Below, piece after piece: positions 48,825 to 59,990 of a DNA stretch of 64,000 nt. The notes beneath the pieces were generated by a model. The model had not been told where the DNA came from and did not search any database. It saw only the letters and a list, made by a program, of their open reading frames with translations. The stretch is from Desulfatiglandales bacterium (GTDB taxonomy: Bacteria > Desulfobacterota > DSM-4660 > Desulfatiglandales > HGW-15). The position numbers and the translations under genes were made by a program. Positions within the stretch are counted from its first letter, which is position 1. Every line of letters begins with the position of its first letter. Location: contig CAXXJJ010000001.1 in the NCBI GenBank assembly GCA_963667015.2, forward strand, positions 2,400,001-2,464,000, read 5' to 3'.

Positions 48825-49781
48825 ATGGACCTAACAAAACGAATAGACCCGGAGCTTCTCCCCTCAATTGAAATTATACCTGCGGATGGTTCTTTTAATT
48901 TTGATGATCTGCCTGCGGCACGGGAGATGAGTACACTGATGTTTTCGCAGATGGCGGCACAGATGCCTCCTGTAGAAGGGGTTGATTCCCAGGATCTGAC
49001 AATACAAGGTCCTGCCGGTGCTCCTGAGATAACTGCAAGGCTTTATTCACCGAAAAACCGGACAGGCAATAAACCCGCGATGCTATGGATACACGGCGGC
49101 GGATATATCCTCGGCGACCTGGATGTGGATGATTATAATCTGCGCCAGATGTGTGTTAATACAGGATGTATTATACTTTCTACAAACTACCGGCTCGCCC
49201 CTGAGAATCCCTTCCCGGCACCGGTTGAAGACTGTTATGCCAGCCTCAAATGGCTGGTAAAAAACAGCGAAGACCTGGGAGTAGATAAATCCCGGATTGC
49301 TATCGGCGGAGGAAGTGCCGGCGGAGGCCTTGCCGCGGGACTTGCGATAATGACAAGAGACAGGGGTGAAATTGAAATTAAATTTCAACTGCTCATATAT
49401 CCTATGCTTGATGACCGGAATATTACACCCTCCAGCCACACCATTACCGATCCCCGGACATGGGACAGGGAAAAGAATATCTTTGCATGGAAGGCATATC
49501 TTGGTAATTCTGCCGAAGACGGGAATGTATCAGCTTATGCTGCCACAGCAAGGGCTGAGGATCTCTCAGGACTGCCTCCTGCATATGTTGCGGTTGGAGA
49601 GCTGGATCTTTTTCTTGATGAAGACATAGAATATGCCCAGAGACTTCTTCAGGCAGGCGTCCCGACAGAACTGCATGTTTATCCCGGTGCAACACATGGA
49701 TTTGATGCAATATTAACGGCTGCAGTTTCAAAGAGATTTATTGAAGAAAGAGACAGGGCAGTCATAAAGGCGCTTTTATAG
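48825..49781 (+). CDS. HSL-family esterase/lipase
   Basis: HGGGY, YRLAPE, GGSAGG, ELD, HGF; RBS AAGGAG. Confidence 0.92.
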   Translation: MDLTKRIDPELLPSIEIIPADGSFNFDDLPAAREMSTLMFSQMAAQMPPVEGVDSQDLTIQGPAGAPEITARLYSPKNRTGNKPAMLWIHGGGYILGDLDVDDYNLRQMCVNTGCIILSTNYRLAPENPFPAPVEDCYASLKWLVKNSEDLGVDKSRIAIGGGSAGGGLAAGLAIMTRDRGEIEIKFQLLIYPMLDDRNITPSSHTITDPRTWDREKNIFAWKAYLGNSAEDGNVSAYAATARAEDLSGLPPAYVAVGELDLFLDEDIEYAQRLLQAGVPTELHVYPGATHGFDAILTAAVSKRFIEERDRAVIKALL

Positions 49782-49832
49782 TTCTTAAAAATACAATCAA
49801 CTGTCTGCAGTTTCCCGGCAGTTGATTGTTTA

Positions 49833-51515
49833 TTATTTTCTTTTCTTTATCTTTTTTCGTTTTACTGATTTCTTTTCCCCGCCTTTCTTTTTTTCCGCAT
49901 ATTCAATATTGATTTCTCTTCCATCCAGTGTAGCTCCCTTCATTGATTTCATAACTTTGGCTGCCACACCTGATTCGACCTCAAAAAAGGAGAACTCTCT
50001 CATTATTTCAATGGAGCCTATTTTCCCCGAACTGATTCCAGCTGAACTGCAGATTCCTTTGATTAAAGTCTTTTTACTCAGGTTATCCATTGCTCCGGCG
50101 TTCAGGAAAAATCGTTTTGCCTTTCCTGGTTGAATATTTCTTTGCCTGTCAACAGCATCCCGGGTGCCGGAGGATTTTTTTTCTTTCTGTAAATGGACAT
50201 TTATATCCTTTGAATCTTTATAATAATCAAGGAACCTGTTGAACTCTATAGATACAAATTTCTGTATCAGTTCTTCCTTTGAGAGTCCTTTAAGGGTATC
50301 ATACACCGGAGGCAGGAAAGGCCCTATCTCTTCATAATCCACGTCAACCTCTACCATTTTGCTGATCATGGAATAGAGCTGTCTTTCACAGATCTCATGT
50401 CCTTTCGGGATTTTTGTGTATGTGAACTGAACTCCTGCTTTTTTTTCAATCATCTCCAGTTTTCTTCTTTCCCTGGAATTTGTGATGACTATGGATGTGC
50501 CAGATTTGCCGGCACGGGCGGTCCTGCCGCTTCTGTGGGTATATATCTGTGCCTCATCGGGCAGCTTGTAATTTATAACATGTGAAATATCTTTTACATC
50601 AAGACCTCTGGCCGCAACATCAGTCGCAATCAGTATCTGAAGCGATTTGCTCTTGAATCGATTCATAACATTATCACGCGCAGCCTGGGAAAGATCACCG
50701 TGCAGTGCATCAGCATCATAGTTATCCTTCATGAGCTTTTCCGCTATTTCCTGTGTCTCTTTTCTTGTACGGCAAAATACAAGGCCATAGATGTCCGGAG
50801 AATGATCCAGTATTCTTTTAAGGGCCTGATACCGGTCCTTTTCATGAATTACGTAATTCAGGTGCTGAATATTTTTGGCACCCCTGTTCTTTTTGCCTAC
50901 TGTTATCCTGACCGGATCATCCATATATTGTTTGGTGATTCTGGCAACTTCATCAGGCATTGTTGCAGAAAAAAGCCAGGTTCTTTTATCTTCCGGGGTT
51001 TCTTCCAGAATTGTGTCTATATCCTCCTTAAATCCCATATTCAGCATTTCATCAGCTTCATCCAGAACTACATAGCTCACATTAAAAAGCTTAACAACTT
51101 TTCTATTTATAAGGTCAAGTAATCTGCCGGGAGTGGCTACAATAATCTGAGCTCCTTTTCTGACCTGTTTAATCTGGTTTTCCATACTGGCGCCACCGAC
51201 AACAGCGGCTATTCTGGCCCCTTTTACATATTTGCAGAAACTTTTCATATCATCGGAAATCTGCGCGCAGAGTTCTCTTGTAGGGCATATAATCAGTCCC
51301 TGTGTATCTTTCAGGTCAAAGTCAATCAACTGGATCATAGGTAATCCAAAGGCTGCTGTTTTACCTGTTCCAGTTGGTGCAAGCCCTACCAGATCCCTGT
51401 CGCCGCCTATTATCTCAGGTATTGCATCTATCTGGATAGGTGTCGGGGCAGTAAATCCCAGGTCCTCGACTGCCTGCAATAATTCATCTATTAAATCTAA
51501 ATTTTCAAAACTCAT
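49833..51515 (-). CDS. deaD: DEAD-box RNA helicase with DbpA-type RNA-binding domain
   Basis: PTPIQ, GTGKT, PTREL, DEAD, SAT, HRSGRTAR, C-terminal IGSIEI..FSFFEV. Confidence 0.9.
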   Translation of the reverse strand: MSFENLDLIDELLQAVEDLGFTAPTPIQIDAIPEIIGGDRDLVGLAPTGTGKTAAFGLPMIQLIDFDLKDTQGLIICPTRELCAQISDDMKSFCKYVKGARIAAVVGGASMENQIKQVRKGAQIIVATPGRLLDLINRKVVKLFNVSYVVLDEADEMLNMGFKEDIDTILEETPEDKRTWLFSATMPDEVARITKQYMDDPVRITVGKKNRGAKNIQHLNYVIHEKDRYQALKRILDHSPDIYGLVFCRTRKETQEIAEKLMKDNYDADALHGDLSQAARDNVMNRFKSKSLQILIATDVAARGLDVKDISHVINYKLPDEAQIYTHRSGRTARAGKSGTSIVITNSRERRKLEMIEKKAGVQFTYTKIPKGHEICERQLYSMISKMVEVDVDYEEIGPFLPPVYDTLKGLSKEELIQKFVSIEFNRFLDYYKDSKDINVHLQKEKKSSGTRDAVDRQRNIQPGKAKRFFLNAGAMDNLSKKTLIKGICSSAGISSGKIGSIEIMREFSFFEVESGVAAKVMKSMKGATLDGREINIEYAEKKKGGEKKSVKRKKIKKRK

Positions 51516-51544
51516 ATATGTATTGTTCCTTCCGGATAATTAAA

Positions 51545-51588
51545 AACCCGGATTTCAATCTGGAACACCTCCAGATGGAATCCGGGTT
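51545..51588. terminator. Long hairpin between the TPP enzyme gene and deaD
   Basis: AACCCGGATTTC.ATCTGGA-loop-TCCAGAT.GGAATCCGGGTT. Confidence 0.6.
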
Positions 51589-51654
51589 AAATATCCATAA
51601 AATAAAAAGAATCATAACATTTAGAAACCTTTAAGGCAAAGATATTCTTATCTT

Positions 51655-53418
51655 TTATTTGCAGACTATATTCAGACAGGCCTGACGGTTTTCCTTCTTA
51701 ACGGCATTAAGGGCCCGTTCAATGGCTCTGTCAAGATCTTCCGGTTTTTCAACCTTTTCGCCATAGCCCCCAAAGGCAGTACATATCTGATCATAGTCCG
51801 GCGAGGGTTTGAGTTCACTCAGTGGCATATCCTGACTCTTTGCTGCCCAGCCACCGGGATGAATTCCCAGAGTGGCATGTTTTACTGCCTCCCATGACTG
51901 GTTGTTGTAAACTATAACAAGAGTGGGCAGATCATATGCCTTTGATACAAAATGACAGGCTGACGGTACGGAAAACATGTATGATCCGTCTCCAACGGTC
52001 GTTATGACCGTCTTGTCCGGAGAGGCCATCTTAATTCCCAGGGCTGCCCCCAGGGCCCAGCCCAGGTATCCGGCGTGAGATACGCCAAAATAGCATCCCG
52101 GATGGTGATTCATCTGCCAGATCATCTGGTTATTGTACTCATTAACAACTATTGTGTCTTTATCAATTATCCGGTTTAGACGGGATGATACAAAGCCCTG
52201 GTCCATTGGCAGGGAATCCGATGATTTTTCAGCCTTTGAATAAAGGTTGCTGAATAGTCTGTCATGTCTGACTTTTAATCTTTCATGTCTTTCTTCAAGG
52301 ACATTGCTGTCGATTTTATATGATCCTGACAGTTCCTTTATGAGTAAGTTTATGGCGAGATTTGAATCACTTTTTATTGTTATGTCGGAGGTAAAACTGC
52401 GAACAGGGTATCTGCTGTAAAGCGGATCAATTCCAATATTAACAATGGTCGCAGAGTCAGCAGGTTTTTTTATTGACGGATACCAGGGGACATCACTGTC
52501 TATAACGATAACAAGGTCTGCGTCCGGAAGGAGCGGATCGGGTGAAAATCCCTGATGACAGTGATGGTCGTGGGGAAAGTTCATGTATTCCGGGTTAAAT
52601 GATATTACGCCTGCACCCGCTTTTTCGGCAAGTTCAGTAAGGGCAGCAACAGTTTCTTTCTTTATTCCCGAGGATGAAGTTATGATAATGGGATTTTCTG
52701 CCTCGGCAATCAACTTTGCTGCCCTGGATATCTTTTCCGGGTCCGGATAATTTGTTGGCAGGTCATATTGCAGTTTGGCATTGAACTCTTTTCCATTGAA
52801 GTCAGAGTAGAGAACCTCTCTGGGAAGGGTCAGGTATACCGGCCCCCTGGGATCAGACAAAGCCATAACAAGCGCCCTGTCCACAACATCTTCGAGCTGT
52901 GATGCATATCTTAGCTCATAATCCCAGTTTACAAATTCCCTTACTATGCCTGCCTGATCAAAGCATTCCTGTGCCCAGTGGACAAAGGATGAGCGTGAGG
53001 CCGGGCTGCCTTCCTCAGTTACAGGGGTTCTGCCTGCAAAAAAGAGCAGGGGGATATTGGATCGCCGGGCTGCCATAACAGCGCCAAGTGCATTGGCTGT
53101 TCCAACGCCCACATGTACCATTGCTGCCTGTACCCTGCCGGTAGCAAGATAGTATCCATGGGCCATGCTGATGAGAGGTATCTCATGGGGAACAGTAACA
53201 GGCTTTGGTGTTTTTTTCCCTTCCTTTTCCCTCCTCGCAAACGCATCAACGATGCTGGCAAAATCAGTTCCTGCGTTGCCGAAAAAGCAGTCAATACCTC
53301 TCAATGCAAGAAGCTCGAGAAATGCCTGAGCCGTATTTTCAACGTTCACTTCCACATTATCTGTTTCTTTATGCAATTGTTCTGTCTCCCTTGCTTTAAA
53401 TCTGTGGATCAATTTCAT
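51655..53418 (-). CDS. Thiamine pyrophosphate-dependent enzyme (acetolactate synthase-like family)
   Basis: FGNAGTDF, PHE, GPVYLTLP, GDGSYMF..NN. Start uncertain. Confidence 0.88.
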   Translation of the reverse strand: MKLIHRFKARETEQLHKETDNVEVNVENTAQAFLELLALRGIDCFFGNAGTDFASIVDAFARREKEGKKTPKPVTVPHEIPLISMAHGYYLATGRVQAAMVHVGVGTANALGAVMAARRSNIPLLFFAGRTPVTEEGSPASRSSFVHWAQECFDQAGIVREFVNWDYELRYASQLEDVVDRALVMALSDPRGPVYLTLPREVLYSDFNGKEFNAKLQYDLPTNYPDPEKISRAAKLIAEAENPIIITSSSGIKKETVAALTELAEKAGAGVISFNPEYMNFPHDHHCHQGFSPDPLLPDADLVIVIDSDVPWYPSIKKPADSATIVNIGIDPLYSRYPVRSFTSDITIKSDSNLAINLLIKELSGSYKIDSNVLEERHERLKVRHDRLFSNLYSKAEKSSDSLPMDQGFVSSRLNRIIDKDTIVVNEYNNQMIWQMNHHPGCYFGVSHAGYLGWALGAALGIKMASPDKTVITTVGDGSYMFSVPSACHFVSKAYDLPTLVIVYNNQSWEAVKHATLGIHPGGWAAKSQDMPLSELKPSPDYDQICTAFGGYGEKVEKPEDLDRAIERALNAVKKENRQACLNIVCK

Positions 53419-53484
53419 ATTGCTTGTAAATAAAATAACATATACACTGCTAAATATAAAATTTCAATTTTACATACTGTCTAA

Positions 53485-54942
53485 ATGGAAATATTACTGA
53501 GCCCCATAAAGTACTATCATTATATTATTCTGGTAGCCAATATTGCTATCACCTTCCTGGCTGCCTGGCATGCACTTTTATATAAACGGGATCCAAAGGC
53601 CTCACTTGGATGGCTCGCCGTGATTTTGATGTTTCCTGTAATCGGTTATTTTCTTTATTTCCTGCTGGGGATAAACCGTATCCGAACACGAGCCAGAAAA
53701 CTGGCAGGTAAATTATCATTCAGCGGTTTCATTAGATTCGAACCTGCTGAAGAAGCTATAGTCCTCCCGGATTTTCTGCCGCCTGTACCATACAAGTACA
53801 CTGAAATTGCTAATATAGCATATTCTGTGACCGGAATGCCCCTTACATCAGGAAACAGAATCGATATACTTCATAACGGTGAAGCTGCTTATCCGGCAAT
53901 GCTCAATGCCATTAACAGTGCGGAACATTCAGTTTATTTATCAACCTATATATTTAAATCCGATAATACCGGAAGAGAGTTTATTGATAAACTTGCAGGC
54001 GCCAGGGAGCGGGGTGTTGAGGTAAAGGTGCTGCTTGATGGCATTGGTGAATATTATTCATTACCCAGGGCAGGAAGCCTGCTGAAAAAAAGGGGAATAG
54101 AGGTCGCAAGATTTATACCTCCTGCGCTTATACCTCCATCTATCCACGTTAACCTGAGGAATCATCGTAAAATTCTTGTTGTTGATAAAAAGACAGGTTT
54201 TACAGGAGGAATGAATATAGGTTCTAATCATCTTGCTGAAACACTGTCCAAAAAATCAAGGGTGATAGATACGCATTTCAGGATTAAAGGCCCGGTTGTT
54301 ACACAAATTGTGAATATGTTTAACGATGACTGGAACTTTGTTACCGGTAATAATATTGAGGCTGATCCGGTTCAATATGATCCTGAAGGAGATGGTGCAA
54401 AATGCCGTGTTATTTCTGAGGGCCCCAACGAAGATTTTAATAAACTGGCTACAATACTGGTAGGCGCCATAGCTTCGGCAAAACAGCGAGTACTTGTAAT
54501 GACACCTTATTTTCTGCCCACACGTGAGATGATCTCAGCCCTTCAGACAGCAGCCCTTAAGGGGGTATCCGTAGAAATACTGCTCCCTCAAAAAAACAAC
54601 CTTCCATATATTCACTGGGCAACAAGAAATATGCTGTGGGAACTGCTTCAGAGAGGCGTCAGGGTCTATTATCAACCTCCTCCCTTTGTACACAGCAAAC
54701 TGTTTATTGTGGACGATTATTATGCCCATATAGGTACTGCAAATATGGATTCAAGGAGCCTGCGGCTCAATTTTGAGCTGGCGCTTGAGGTCTATGACAG
54801 GGAGTTTGTCTCACTGCTTTCTGCGCATTTTCTTAATTGCATGAAGCATTCAAGATCTATTAACCTTGCTGAAATTGATTCACGGCATTTACTGAGCCGC
54901 ACAAGGGACGCCCTTGCATGGCTTTTATATCCCTACCTGTAG
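53485..54942 (+). CDS. cls: Cardiolipin synthase
   Basis: Two N-terminal TMs and two HKD motifs (NHRKILVVD, HSKLFIVD). Confidence 0.92.
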   Translation: MEILLSPIKYYHYIILVANIAITFLAAWHALLYKRDPKASLGWLAVILMFPVIGYFLYFLLGINRIRTRARKLAGKLSFSGFIRFEPAEEAIVLPDFLPPVPYKYTEIANIAYSVTGMPLTSGNRIDILHNGEAAYPAMLNAINSAEHSVYLSTYIFKSDNTGREFIDKLAGARERGVEVKVLLDGIGEYYSLPRAGSLLKKRGIEVARFIPPALIPPSIHVNLRNHRKILVVDKKTGFTGGMNIGSNHLAETLSKKSRVIDTHFRIKGPVVTQIVNMFNDDWNFVTGNNIEADPVQYDPEGDGAKCRVISEGPNEDFNKLATILVGAIASAKQRVLVMTPYFLPTREMISALQTAALKGVSVEILLPQKNNLPYIHWATRNMLWELLQRGVRVYYQPPPFVHSKLFIVDDYYAHIGTANMDSRSLRLNFELALEVYDREFVSLLSAHFLNCMKHSRSINLAEIDSRHLLSRTRDALAWLLYPYL

Positions 54943-55006
54943 AACATTAAATTTTTATCAGACAGATAGTAATATTTTCAGTATACCTGTATTGAATCTT
55001 TTATAA

Positions 55007-58000
55007 CTATTTGGAACCCTGTTCGTCATTACCCAGGATGCGTTGTATTATATCAGAAAGTATCTTCATATTGACAGGCTTCATCATAAATTCCCTTATG
55101 CCTATCTCCCGTGCACGGGTTTCGGAGATATGCTCATTAAATCCTGTACACAGAATGACGGGGATGTCCTTCCTGATTGAGATCATTTCCTGTGCAAGCA
55201 TATCTCCAGTTATTTCAGGCATGGTCATATCAGTAATAACAATATTGAAATAATCAGGCGCATTTTTAAATATTTCCAGACCTTCCTTGCTGCTTGTCGT
55301 GGATACAGTGTCATAACCCATCAGCCTCAGCATTTCCGTAACAAGTTTTACCAGTATCGGTTCATCGTCTATTATAAGTATTCTTCCTGTACCTTTTTTA
55401 ACTTCTTTATCCAAATCAATTATTCCTTTTTCCTGTGTTATATCGGTTTCCGGGAAATAAACTTCGAATGTGGTTCCTTTCTCTTCATTAGCCCTGCATG
55501 TTATTTCTCCATTATGTGACTTAACAATGCCATGAATTACCGAGAGCCCAAGTCCTGTACCCTTGCCTGTTTCCTTTGTGGTAAAGTACGGCTCAAATAT
55601 TCTTTCTATTGTTTCAGGCGTTATTCCCTTTCCCGTATCGCTGATTGTTATTCTCATGTATCTGCCTTCAGGCACATTGATACCATAGGGATTATCCGGG
55701 CCTTCAATGGAGACTTTATCAAGGTTGATTTCAAGGATGCCTCCGGTTACATCCATTGCATGGACAGCATTGCTGCACAGGTTAAGCATTATCTGGTTTA
55801 TATGAGTCGGGTTGGAAAGGATATAACCGGGCTCATTTATCTCCTGCTTTATTTCAATGTTTGACGGGATAACTGCCCTTAACATCCTGACTGATTCACT
55901 CATAATATTCTTTAATATAATCGGGCTTAATTCGCTTTTCTCCATGCGGCTGAATGTAAGTATCTGTTTAACAAGGTCTTTGGCCCGCTCCCCTGCCAGA
56001 AGTACTTCGTTAAGGTTACTTTTCAGGTCATCATCACTTATCTCATGCATGGTAAGTTCCGTATATCCGATAATAACTGAAAGGATGTTATTGAAATCGT
56101 GTGCAATACCTCCTGCCAGTGTGCCTATTGCCTCCATTTTCTGGGATTGCTTAAGGCGCGTTTCAAGACCGATTTTTTCTTCTTCCGCTTTTTTCTGGTC
56201 GGTAATATCCCTTGTAATACCTACTATAAATTTATTCCCGGTTTTGTCTTTATAAAGTGTTTTTTTAGTTACAAGCGTATGAACATTATTGTCGATGTCT
56301 GTATACAATTCTTCATTAAGAATAACATCTCCATCATCAAGAACTAACCTGTCTTTTTCACAGAATATATCAGCCTCTTCTTTTCTGCAAAAATCGTAAT
56401 CTGTACTGCCAATGATCATGCTTCGATCTTTCCCGAAAAAATCGCACATTGCATTGTTTACCAGCACGAACCTGTGTTCATGGTCCTTGACAAAGACCGG
56501 GTCTGCCACCGCATTGATTATCTCATCAAGGTATAATTTTGATTCCGCAAGGGCTTCTTCCGCCTTTTTGCGGGCGCTTATATTGGTTAAAAAGCCTTCA
56601 AGCATCGGAGTTTCACCCGGGGCCGTTTCCATTGTCCTTGCACTGATGGAAACCCAGATTTTTTCCATATTCTTTCTGTAAAACTCGACTTCATATTCAA
56701 TTACTTCCCCATGTTCTTTCAATATCTCAATGAGTTTTTCTCTTTCTGCCGGATTTACATAAAGCTGCCTCTTTAGATCCTTCACCAATGACATCAGTTC
56801 TTCAGGTGATTTATAACCCAGTATCCTGGCCATTGCAGGGTTTGCATTACAGATCGTCCCCTCAAAGGTATTCTGGAACAGTCCTTCAATTGCATTTTCA
56901 AAAATTCCCCGGTAATTTTCTTCGCTTTTCACAAGGTTTCCCAGGGTTTCCTTGAGCTTGTATGTCATATGATTAAATGTTTTTGCAAGTATTCCTATTT
57001 CATCGCCTGACTTTACAGTTATAACCTGGTTCAGGTCTCCCCTGATTATTTTTTCCGCTACCATTGTCATGTCTTTGACCGGGCGGGTTATCCTCAATGC
57101 AATGAAGACAAAGATTACACCAACAATAAATGTAATGATAATACCGGCAATTCCCATGATGTTTACCATGGTTTGCCTTCCGTCACTCAGCCAGATGCTG
57201 TATGTCTTGAGCTCATCCTCATAAACACTCGTTCCTATTACCCAGTCCCATGGTTCATAGTATATCAGGTTTGCTATTTTCCACCGCGGGGATGATTCTC
57301 CAATATTCTGCCACCTGTAGCGAATGGTATCCATTTTACCTGGTTTCAATGCCAGTGCTTTATTGATAATTTCCTGTATTACATAACGGCCGTCACTGTC
57401 CATGGTTGGCCAGATGTTTTCACCGTCCCGTTCACCTTTGTAGGATATAACATAGCTGCCCCTGTTCTTGCCTTTTCCTTCCAGAACATATACATAACCT
57501 GTCTTGCCGACCTTTGTCTGAATTATTGCCTGCCTTATCCTTGCCTCAACATGTTTCTGTTGTATTCCTACATAGAGCATGCCGATCAGCCTGCTCTCAT
57601 TACTGTATAAAGGTTTATATGCGGTGAGATACCATTCATTAACAACAAAGGCACGCCCCAGATAGGTTTCGCCTTTCAGGATTGTCGATATGACAGGGTT
57701 TGCAGATCCGTCGGGATTTAGTGACGGTATGTATGTGCCGATTGCCCGGGTCTCTTCAAGCGTTTTTACATTAGTCGCGACCCTTAGCATGTCTCCATTT
57801 TCATTTATCCTCTGGAAGATAGTTGCGGTTTCTCCTACCAGATTGAAAATGTCATCAATTACCGGGGTATAAACTGAAAAATCCGGATTTTTTTCAATCC
57901 ACTTGTTTCCAATTAGAAATTTTGGAACTGTTATTTCCTGTATCTCATTAGTAAACTGATTTTTGGCCTGCCATTTAACTGTTTCAGTTGAAAGGCCGGG

Positions 58001-58318
58001 AGTTCCGTATTGGGATAATATATATGAGGCGACATTCAGGTTGCTGCTGATCTGCAGCTTTACAGCTTCATTTTCTGTTTGGACGAGATTGTATATTATC
58101 TGGGAGATATGATTAAGATCAGTGTTTATAAGCAGATCGACTTCCCGCTGTGCATGGTTATTATACTGACCGCTTTGCCATATAGCTATACTAACAAGTG
58201 CTGTAGCGGTTACCAGAACACTTACGGCGCCCATCAGGGCAAATTTAAATCCAAGACTGATATTTTTAGAAAAACCTGTATTTTTTTCATCCATGGGTTC
58301 GTATTGCCTTTCAATCAT
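55007..58318 (-). CDS. Hybrid sensor kinase (Cache, HAMP, 2 PAS, HisKA, HATPase, REC)
   Basis: ATIFQR..MLRVATN, DEIGILA, AHDFNNIL, GTGLGL, ITDMTMP. Confidence 0.93.
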   Translation of the reverse strand: MIERQYEPMDEKNTGFSKNISLGFKFALMGAVSVLVTATALVSIAIWQSGQYNNHAQREVDLLINTDLNHISQIIYNLVQTENEAVKLQISSNLNVASYILSQYGTPGLSTETVKWQAKNQFTNEIQEITVPKFLIGNKWIEKNPDFSVYTPVIDDIFNLVGETATIFQRINENGDMLRVATNVKTLEETRAIGTYIPSLNPDGSANPVISTILKGETYLGRAFVVNEWYLTAYKPLYSNESRLIGMLYVGIQQKHVEARIRQAIIQTKVGKTGYVYVLEGKGKNRGSYVISYKGERDGENIWPTMDSDGRYVIQEIINKALALKPGKMDTIRYRWQNIGESSPRWKIANLIYYEPWDWVIGTSVYEDELKTYSIWLSDGRQTMVNIMGIAGIIITFIVGVIFVFIALRITRPVKDMTMVAEKIIRGDLNQVITVKSGDEIGILAKTFNHMTYKLKETLGNLVKSEENYRGIFENAIEGLFQNTFEGTICNANPAMARILGYKSPEELMSLVKDLKRQLYVNPAEREKLIEILKEHGEVIEYEVEFYRKNMEKIWVSISARTMETAPGETPMLEGFLTNISARKKAEEALAESKLYLDEIINAVADPVFVKDHEHRFVLVNNAMCDFFGKDRSMIIGSTDYDFCRKEEADIFCEKDRLVLDDGDVILNEELYTDIDNNVHTLVTKKTLYKDKTGNKFIVGITRDITDQKKAEEEKIGLETRLKQSQKMEAIGTLAGGIAHDFNNILSVIIGYTELTMHEISDDDLKSNLNEVLLAGERAKDLVKQILTFSRMEKSELSPIILKNIMSESVRMLRAVIPSNIEIKQEINEPGYILSNPTHINQIMLNLCSNAVHAMDVTGGILEINLDKVSIEGPDNPYGINVPEGRYMRITISDTGKGITPETIERIFEPYFTTKETGKGTGLGLSVIHGIVKSHNGEITCRANEEKGTTFEVYFPETDITQEKGIIDLDKEVKKGTGRILIIDDEPILVKLVTEMLRLMGYDTVSTTSSKEGLEIFKNAPDYFNIVITDMTMPEITGDMLAQEMISIRKDIPVILCTGFNEHISETRAREIGIREFMMKPVNMKILSDIIQRILGNDEQGSK

Positions 58319-58551
58319 GAAAATACTCCGAATCGCATGTCAGTAAACATAAGTTTTATCCGGTTTTATGTCAGCATCAGTAAAAATACCTTAGCTCAAT
58401 TTAGTAGCAATATGTCAGGTGTAAGGTAGTGTTTTTATATATTACCTCATCTTATATATGGTTATCAATTTAACATAAAATAAAAAAAATAACATATGTA
58501 TTCCCGGAAAGGAGGTCTATTATGAAGGCATTTGTGTGATAAAAAACTCAT

Positions 58552-58755
58552 TTAAAATATGGCGGTTATATCAATGTTAAAAACAAAATAAAGGAGAATT
58601 CCGGCTATTGCCCATAAAAATAGCAGGGTCTGGGCCTTTACATCAAGGCTGTACCAGTTTAAGGGTTTTCCTTTTGTACTACCGGGCAACTGGGCTGAGA
58701 TATTTATTGATGTCAGAAAAAATAAAATTACGAACAGGAATATATTATTTTTCAT
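58552..58755 (-). CDS. Small membrane protein or gene remnant
   Basis: Signal-like N-terminus plus one TM, 67 aa. Confidence 0.3.
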   Translation of the reverse strand: MKNNIFLFVILFFLTSINISAQLPGSTKGKPLNWYSLDVKAQTLLFLWAIAGILLYFVFNIDITAIF

Positions 58756-59003
58756 AACTGCTTCTCCAGAGAGTAGGAATGTTTTTTTTAATGTTTTCTT
58801 TTTTCTACTTATTATATCAGGGAAGATCAAAGGAAAATTTATTATAAGCGTGGCTAGATCTATCCCCTGTTAAAAAGTGAACCTGAAAAAGGAAGGTTGC
58901 GAATATGAATATTCGATGCTTGATTCCGGATACCTGATTCTGGTAAAACCCTGATATTTTCAGGCACAAAGAGTTATCAATGCAGAATAAAACAAAAATT
59001 AAA

Positions 59004-59981
59004 ATGAAACAGTTCACTGATTCTATTAAAAAACAGGGCGAGCTGCTTCTTGTGGAAACATGGAAGACAAGCCTCATACTTTTTAAGATTGTTATCCCCA
59101 TAAGCATTGCAACCAAACTGCTTAATGACTGGGGGGTAACCGCATATATCGGTATTGGCCTCGGGCCGGTTATGAAACTTGTCGGGCTCCCCGGAAGCAT
59201 GGGACTGGTATGGGCAACTGCCATGATTACCAGCCTCTATGCGGCTATAATTGTGTTTTTATCACTTGTTTCAATGGAACCACTTACGGTAGCCCAGGTA
59301 ACCATCCTGGCAACCATGATGCTTGTTGCCCATTCCCTTCCTATAGAATTGCGGATTGCCCAGAAGGCCGGTCCCAGACTGCGGTTCATGCTGCTGCTCA
59401 GGATATCAGGGGCCCTGGTAACAGGGTTTCTGCTTAATCAGATATATCTCAAAAGTGGTTATCTTCAGACCGAATTTGTTGCCATGTGGAAACCGGATAT
59501 AATCGATCCCTCCTGGAAGGCCTGGGCTGTTGCTCAGATTAAATCACTTTTAACCATATATGGAATAATCCTTTTACTTCTTTTTATCCTCAGGCTGCTG
59601 ACATGGCTTCGTATTATGGAACTGCTCACCCGGATTTTCAAACCAATATTAAGAGTAATGGGCATGAGCAGGGACGCTGCACCCATAACCATAATAGGCA
59701 TGACAATGGGAATTGGCTATGGAGGAGGAATGATTATCCGGGAGGCCCGGTCAGGTTCGCTTTCCAGACAGGATATTTTATTCTCCCTGTCTTTTATGGG
59801 ACTGATGCATAGTATGATTGAAGATACCCTCCTGATGATTTTCCTTGGAGGTCATGTTTCAGGTGTGCTCATTTTTCGTTTTCTTTTTGCCATGGCGGTT
59901 ATTTTTGTAATGGTTAAACTCATGAAGTCTGTATCTGAAACCACTTTTAACCGCTATTTTTTCAGGCCTTCCGGACTTTAG
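59004..59981 (+). CDS. Nucleoside-recognition (gate) domain membrane protein
   Basis: PVMKLVGLPG..GLVWA, AHSLPIE, GIGYGGG, HSMIEDT. Start 58980 or 59004. Confidence 0.75.
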   Translation: MKQFTDSIKKQGELLLVETWKTSLILFKIVIPISIATKLLNDWGVTAYIGIGLGPVMKLVGLPGSMGLVWATAMITSLYAAIIVFLSLVSMEPLTVAQVTILATMMLVAHSLPIELRIAQKAGPRLRFMLLLRISGALVTGFLLNQIYLKSGYLQTEFVAMWKPDIIDPSWKAWAVAQIKSLLTIYGIILLLLFILRLLTWLRIMELLTRIFKPILRVMGMSRDAAPITIIGMTMGIGYGGGMIIREARSGSLSRQDILFSLSFMGLMHSMIEDTLLMIFLGGHVSGVLIFRFLFAMAVIFVMVKLMKSVSETTFNRYFFRPSGL

Positions 59982-59990
59982 TAAACCTGT

